DNA of 64,000 nt, from the IMG/VR virus record IMGVR_UViG_3300028833_000055, positions 32,001-96,000 of that record, one strand, 5' to 3'. Both the position numbers and the translations under genes were made by a program. The notes below the pieces were generated by a model, which was given only the letters and a program-made list of their open reading frames with translations, was not told where the DNA came from and searched no databases. This DNA comes from a virus (lineage: Duplodnaviria > Heunggongvirae > Uroviricota > Caudoviricetes). Positions 63,618-64,000 of this stretch are shown piece after piece (within the stretch, counting starts at the first letter, position 1; every line of letters starts with the position of its first letter).

Positions 63618-64000
63618 ATGGCTTTAGATGCAGAATTAAGTAATTTGAAATCAGCCGGTACCTATCGTTTTGAAAGAGACCTTAGTACCATTTCAAATGA
63701 CACAACATCTTTCTCCAATTTGAGACTTGTTGTCGGCTTCTCGAAGACAGGTCCGTTCAACACGCCTATGCTTGTTACAAATTCGGCACAGTTTATCAAA
63801 TTGTACGGTCCAATCGACCGTTCTCTTGAGAAAAGAGGTTCATACTTCCACAGAAGTTGTCTCGTGGCGTTAAGTGCGGGTCCGATTCTCTGTTTAAATC
63901 TTTTAAACCTTGACCCGGACATCGACCAGGTGACACAGAAATCATTTTCCGTCAATACAAAGTATTTTAACAAACCACTGATTACATTACCATTAATATC
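63618..64000 (+). CDS. tail sheath protein, N-terminal part (runs off window; not in ORF track)
   Basis: MALDAELSNLKSAGTYRFERDLS...VVGFSKTGPFNTPMLV...F..LYG sheath N-terminal pattern. Confidence 0.8.
   Translation, partial: MALDAELSNLKSAGTYRFERDLSTISNDTTSFSNLRLVVGFSKTGPFNTPMLVTNSAQFIKLYGPIDRSLEKRGSYFHRSCLVALSAGPILCLNLLNLDPDIDQVTQKSFSVNTKYFNKPLITLPLI

Noticed and set aside
63662-63973. 103-aa - strand ORF
   Set aside because: Antisense to the tail sheath gene starting at 63618.
1-64000. Stop-codon reassignment (TAG to Gln) as in some gut megaphages
   Set aside because: Long genes are intact in the standard code and TAG ends genes cleanly next to terminators or the next start (e.g. 39999, 35594, 51527).

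Overview
A 64 kb segment of a large T4-like (myovirus, probably jumbo) phage genome read in the standard genetic code. Canonical TAnnTTTG promoters and the absence of Shine-Dalgarno sites point to a Bacteroidota host. The window holds tail, baseplate and neck genes (sheath, tube, gp5-, gp53- and gp13-like, collagen-repeat fibre, a 2050-aa structural protein), two peptidoglycan hydrolases, and DNA-metabolism genes (two-subunit topoisomerase II, clamp loader, gp46/SbcC, ThyX, HAD nucleotidase, three DNA methyltransferases, one split in two). It also encodes chaperones (DnaJ, ClpC-like). Highlights: (1) the large terminase is fractured at its Walker A motif by an atypically split intein, with a free-standing Vsr-like endonuclease between the halves. 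(2) Eight late genes with at least three unrelated cargo types (five DUF285/BspA LRR proteins plus others) share a ~20-aa N-terminal tag, MG[IV]L[KL]NLTxEYFxxxxRxE[DN]; a second set carries a T4 capsid-targeting-like K/x-F-x-E-F-I/V-x-E tag. Together these suggest a two-address system for loading injected effectors into the virion. (3) An AT-rich late cassette encodes an AAA ATPase, an LRR-MoxR fusion, an HExxH protein and a VWA protein. (4) Three promoter classes (TATCTTTG, TTTTGTTATATTTA, CATAAATA) partition genes by function. All calls come from motif reading only; no database searches were run.
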